From assembly GCF_009914755.1 (NCBI RefSeq), contig NC_060940.1: a DNA stretch of 64,000 bases, one strand, 5' to 3'. A program made the translations under genes and the position numbers. The notes beneath the pieces are model-generated. The model saw nothing but the letters and a program-made list of their open reading frames with translations, did no database searches and was not told the origin of the DNA. This DNA comes from the human T2T-CHM13v2.0 reference genome, Homo sapiens. This document shows, piece by piece, positions 58,201-64,000 of the stretch. Each line of letters opens with the position of its first letter. Position 1 is the stretch's first letter.

Positions 58201-61200
58201 TTCAAAGATGATTCCATTCTAGCCCATTCAATCATTCCATTCGATTCTATTCAATGATGATTCCATTCATGTCGATTTGGTGATTCCATTTGACTTCATT
58301 TGATGATGATTCCTTTCAAGTTCATTAGATGATTCCATTCGATTCCATTTGATGATGATCCCATTCGAGTCCATTCAGTGATTCCACTCGTTTCCATTCC
58401 ATGATGATTCCATTCCATTCCATTCAATGATTCCATTCGATTCCGTTTGATGATGATTTCATTCGAGTCCATTTGATGATTCCATTTGATTCCATTCGAT
58501 GATGATTCCATTCGAGTCCATTCGATGATTCTATTCGAATCCATTTGATGATTTCTTTTGATTATAGTTGGTGATGATTCCATTGGAGTCCATTCAATGA
58601 TTCCATTCGATTCCAATCGATGGTGATTCCATTAGAGTCCATTTAATGATTCCATTTGATTCCAGTCTCTGATGATTACATTCGAGTCCATACGATGATT
58701 CCACTCAATTCCATATGATGATGATTCCATTCGATTCCATTCGATGATTCCATTCTATTCTATTCAATGGTGATTCCATTCGAGTACATTAGATGATTCC
58801 ATTCGATTCCATTCAATGATGATTCTATTTGTGTCCCTTAGATGATTCCACATGATTCCATTAGATGATGATACTATTTGAGCCCATCCAATGATTCCCT
58901 TCGATATCATTCGATGAGGATTCCATTCGATTCAATTCATTGGTGATTCTATTCAATTCAATTCTTTGATTCCATTCCATTCCATTCGACAATGATTCCA
59001 TTCGATTTCTTTCGATGATTCCACTCGATTCCACTTGACATTGATTCCCTTCGATTCCATTCAATGATTCCATTTGATTCCAGTGGATGATGATTGCCAT
59101 CGATTCCATTCGATCACTCCATTCTATTCCATTTGATGATGATTACATTCGATTCCATTTGACGATTCCATCTGATTCTATTCGAGGATTCCATTTGATT
59201 CCATTCGATGATGATTCCATTCGAGTCCATTCGATGATTTCATTCGAGTACATCCAATGATTCCATTCGAGTCCATTTGATGATTCCATTTGATTCCATT
59301 TGATAATGATTCTACTAGAGTCCATTCAATGACTCCATTCGAGTCCATTCAACAATTCCATTCGACTCCATTTGATGATTCCATTCGATTCCATTTGATG
59401 ATTCCATTCGAGTCCATTTAATCATTACAGACGAGTCCATTTGGTGATTCCACCGGATTTCTTTTGATAATGATACCATACAATTACATTTGATGATGAT
59501 CCCATTCAATTTCATTTGATGATGATTCCATTAGAGTCCATTCGATGATTTCATTCGAGTCCCTTCACTGATTCCATCCGATTTCATTGGATGATGACTC
59601 CATTCGAGTCCATTCGATGATTCCACTCGATTCCATTAGATGATTCCATTGGAGTCCATTTGATTGTTCCATTCGATTCCATTCGATTCCTTTCGAAGAT
59701 TATTCCATTTGAGTCCATTCGATGATGATTCCATTCCATTCCATTCGATGATTCCGTTTGATTCCATTCGATGATTCCCTTCGATTCCTTTCTTTGATGA
59801 TTCCATTCCATTCCATTCAATGATTCCATTCGAATCTATTCCATGATGATTCCTTTCGATTCCATTCGCTGATGTTTCCGTTCAATTCCATTCGATGATG
59901 ATTCCATTCGATTCCATTCATTGAGGATTCCATTTGATTCCATTCAATGATGATTCCGTTCTATTCCATTCAATGATTGCATTCAATTCCATTCAATGAT
60001 TATCCCCTTAGAGTAAACTCAACGATTCCATTCAATACCATTCGATGATGATTCCTTTTGAGTCCATTCAATGATTTCATTCAAGTCCATTTGATGATTC
60101 CTTTCAATTCCATTCTATGATGATTCCATTCGAGTCCATTCGATGATTCCATTCGATTGCATTCGATGATTCCATTATATTCCATTCAACGATGATTCCA
60201 TTCGAGTCCATTCGATGATTCCATTAGAGTACATTTAATGATTGCTTTGTTTTCAATTCGAAGATGATTACATTGGATTCCATTCTATGATACCATTCGA
60301 TTCCATTCAATGATGATTCCACTCAAATCCATTGGATGATTCCATTCGTGTCCATTCGGTGATTTCATTAGATTCCATTCGAGGATGATTCCATTCGATT
60401 CCATTCGATGATTCCATTCAATTCCATTCGATGATGATTCCATTCCAGTCCATATGATCATTCCATTTGATTTCATTCGATGATGATTCCATTCGATTCC
60501 ATTCGATGATTCCATTCTATTCCATTCGATGATGATTCCATTCGAGTCCATTCGATGATTCCATTCGAGTCCATTTAATGATTCCATTGGGTTCAATTCA
60601 ATGATGATTACATTGGATTCCGTTCTATGATTCCATTCAATTCCGTTCATTGACAATTTGATTCCATTCGATGATGATTCCATTTGAGTTCATTCGATGA
60701 TTCTATTCGATTCTCTTCGATGGTGATTCAATTCTATTATATTGGATGATTCCATTCGATTCCATTTGATGTTGATTCAATTCGATTCTATTCGATGATG
60801 ATTCCATTGGATTTCACTTGATGATTCTATTCGATTCCATTCAATGATGATTCACTTCTCGTCCATTGGATGATTCCATTTCATTCCATTCGATGATGAT
60901 TCCATTCGATTCCATTCGATGATTCCATTTGATTCCATGCGACGGTGAGCAATTCGATTCAATTCCATGATGATTCTATTTGATTCAATTAGATGATGTT
61001 TCCATTCGAATCCATTCCATGATTATTCCATTGGAATCCATTCGGCGATGATTCCATATGAGTCAATTCAATGATGATTCCATATGGGTCCGTTCGATGA
61101 TAATTCCATTTGATTTCATTCGGTGCTTCTATTCAATTCCAGTCGATGATGATTCCGTTGGAGTCCATACGATGATTCCATTTGATTTCATTTGATGATG

Positions 61201-61369
61201 ATTCCATTCGATGATGATTACATTGGATTCCATTCTATGATTCCATTCAATTCCATTCGTTGATGATTCGATTCCATTCAATGATGATTCCATTTGAGTT
61301 CATTCGATGATTCTATTCGATTCCGTTCGATGGTGATTCAATTCTCTTATATTGGATGATTCCACTCGA
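55258..61369 (+). repeat. 6112-bp unit 11 (diverged distal subtype)
   Basis: ORF landmarks 55378 to 61490 differ by 6112; many SNVs relative to units 1-7. Confidence 0.92.
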
Positions 61370-64000
61370 TTCCATTTGATGATTATTCCATTGGAGTCCA
61401 CTTAGTGAATCCTTTAGATTCTACTCGAAGATGATTCCATTCGAGTCCATTCGATGATACCATTCAATTCCATTCGTTGATGCTTCCATTCAAGTGCATT
61501 CGATGATATCATTCGATTCCATTTGATGATAATTCCATTTGATTCCATGCGATGATTCTATTCGATTCCATTCAATGATAATTCCATTCAATTCAGTGAT
61601 TCCTCTGGACTCCATTTGATGATGATTCCATTCAATGATTCCATTCGATTCTATTCGAAAATGATTCCATTTGAATCCATTTGATGATGATTCCATTAGA
61701 TTCCATTTGATGATTCCATTCGATTCCATTTGACGATGATTCCATTCGATTCCATTTGATGATTCCATTCTATTCTATTCGATGATGATTCCATTCGATT
61801 CCATTTGATGATGATTGGATTCGATTCCATTTGATGATTTCATTTGATTCCATTCGTTAATGATTTCGATCAACTCCATTCGATGATTCCATTTGATTCC
61901 ATTCGATAATGATTACATCCGAGTCCATTCGATGATTCCATTTGAGCCCGTTCGATAATTCCATTTGAGTCCAATCAATGATTCCATTCATTTCCATTCA
62001 ATGATTCCATTCGAGTCCATTTGATCATTCTGGTAGGGTCCGTTCGATGTTGATTCCATTGGAGTGCATTCGATGATTCCATTCGAGTCCATTTTATGAT
62101 TTGATTCGAGTCCTTTCGATGATTCCATTCGATTCCACTCGATGATGATTTCATTCGAGTCCATTCGACACTTCCAATCGATTCCATTTGATGATTCCAT
62201 TCGAGTCCAATTGATGATTCCATTCAATTCCATTCGATGATGATTCCGTACGATTCCATTCTGTGATGATTCCATGTGATTGCATTCAATGATGATTCCT
62301 TTCGACTGCATTCGATTATGATTCATTTCGTGTTCATTCTATGGTTCCACAGGTTTCCATTCGATGACGTTTCCGTTCGTGTCCATTCCATTATTCCATT
62401 CTATTTCATTTGATGATGATTCCATTCGATTCCATTCATTGGTGATTCCACTCAATTCCATTCAATGATTCCATTCCATTTCTTTCAACAATGATTCCCT
62501 TAGTTTCTATTCGATGATCCACTTGATTCCATTTGGCGATGATTCCATTCGTGTCCATTCGATGATTCCATTTGATTCCATATGATGATGATTCCATTCG
62601 ATTCCATATCATGATGATTCCATTCGACTCCATTCAATGGTGATTCCATTCAATTCCATTCGATGATTCCTTCCGATTCCATTCGATGATGATGGCATTC
62701 GATTCCTTTCAATCATTCCCTTTGATTCCATTCAAAGGTGATTTCATTCAAGTCCATTCGATAATTGCATTCGATTCCATTCTATGATGATTCCATTCGA
62801 GTCCATTTGATGATTCCATTCAATTCAAGTCAATGATGATTCCATTCGATTCCACTCGATGATTCCATTGGATTCCATTCGATGATGATTCCATTCAAAT
62901 CCATTCGATAATTCAATTCAAGTCCATTCGATGATGATTCCAATCGAATCCATTCAAAGATTCCATTCAATTCCATTCGATGATGATTCCCTTAGATTCC
63001 ATTCGATGATTCCACTTGATTCCATTTACGATGATTCCATTCGATTCCATGTGATGAATCCATTCAATTCTATTCAATGATGTTTCCATTTGATTCCATT
63101 GGACCATGATTGCCTTTGATTCCATTCAATGATTCCATTCGGTTCCATTTGATGATGATTCCGTTCTATTCCATTTCATTATTCCATTTGATTCCATTGG
63201 ATGAGTCCATTCGATTACATTCGATGATTATTCCATTCGAGTGCATTAGATGATTGCATTCGAGTCCATTCGATGATTCCATTCGATTCCATTCGATGTT
63301 GATTCTGTTCAAATCCATTCGATGATTCCACTCGATTCCATTCGATGACTCCATTTGATCCCATTCGATGATTTCCTGTGATTCCCTTTGATGATCATTC
63401 TATTTGATTCAATTCGGTGATTTCATTTCATTCCATTCAGTGATGTTTCCATTCGACTGTATTCGATGATGATTCCATTCGACTCCATTCGATTATGATT
63501 TCATTCAATTCCATTCAATAATGATTCCCTTCGAGTCCATTCGATGATTCCATTCGATTCCATTCAACGATGATTTGATTCGTTTCCATTCGATGATTCC
63601 ATTTGATTCCACTTGATGATGATTCCATTCGAGTCCATTTGATGATTCCATTCGAGTCTATTTATGTATTATATTCGTGTCCACTTCATGATTCCATTCA
63701 ATTCCATTTAATGTTGATTCCATTTGATTCCATTTGATGATTCAGTTCGATTCCTTGCAATGATTCCCTACGATTCCTTTCTATGATGATTCCATTCGAT
63801 TCCATTCATTGATGATTTCATTCGACTCCATTCGATGATGATTCCTTACGTTTCCATTTGACGATGTTTCCCTTCGAGTCCATTCGATGATGATTCTATT
63901 CAATTCTGTTCTATTATGATTCCATTCGATTTCATTCAATGCTTCTATTTGATTCCATTCGATGATGATTCCATCTCTTTCCCTTCGATGATTCCATTTG
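61370..64000 (+). repeat. Partial unit 12, sister copy of variant unit 9
   Basis: Shares cgatcaactcc, cattctggtag, cgactgcatt, gatgacgtttccg, ccttccgatt, cctgtgatt and gactgtattc with unit 9, and the switch into the divergent block at 63656. Confidence 0.9.

Larger units (their letters stand above)
1..64000 (+). repeat. Human Satellite II (HSATII/HSat2) pericentromeric tandem array, probably the HSat2B family with a ~6.1-kb unit (16q11.2-type)
   Basis: Continuous diverged (CATTC)n with the HSat2 signature CATTCGATTC/CATTCGAGTC plus ATG or ATGATG spacers (23/26-bp sub-units), and dense TCGA and GANTC sites. Long pure (CATTC)n runs typical of HSat3 are absent. Identical landmarks recur every 6112 bp (ORF track 121, 6233, 12345, 18457). 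The chromosome assignment is inferred from unit length only. Confidence 0.97.

Noticed and set aside
121-63354. Many minus-strand ORFs of 60-132 aa (MESSNGIIEWNRM-like)
   Set aside because: They are direct translations of (GAATG)n-derived satellite, which supplies frequent ATG and few stops on that strand. They overlap in several frames, are low-complexity and change with random SNVs, so there is no coding evidence.
1-64000. CRISPR-like 23-26-bp periodicity
   Set aside because: There are no unique spacers, leader or cas genes; all intervening sequence is the same satellite.
1-64000. Inversion or strand switch
   Set aside because: No GAATG-oriented tract was seen on the + strand anywhere in the window.

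Overview
The whole 64 kb is one uninterrupted array of human-type classical Satellite II (HSATII/HSat2). It is built from diverged CATTC pentamers arranged as 23-bp and 26-bp sub-units (ATTCCATTCG ATTCCATTCG ATG[ATG]), with the CATTC strand on + throughout and no inversion. No genes, RNA genes, transposons or CRISPR arrays are supported; all listed ORFs are translations of the satellite. The main higher-order unit is 6112 bp, which matches the ~6.1-kb unit described for the HSat2B array at human 16q11.2 (this location is inferred). Unit starts are 1, 6113, 12225, 18337, 22687, 26988, 33074, 39186, 45298, 49405, 55258 and 61370, giving lengths of 6112, 6112, 6112, 4350, 4301, 6086, 6112, 6112, 4107, 5853, 6112 and one partial unit. 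I found no new protein-coding system. The notable signals are structural. (1) The first four units alternate between two SNV haplotypes, giving a 12,224-bp dimer. (2) A unit lacking 1762 bp has been tandemly duplicated. (3) Most indels are multiples of 23 and 26 bp. (4) Near 43-45 kb the array changes from a homogeneous layer to a more diverged one. (5) In that layer a ~1.83-kb HSat2 block not found in the 6112-bp unit recurs 16,095 bp later, suggesting a ~16-kb three-unit repeat. (6) One consensus DUX4 motif is kept in nearly every unit.
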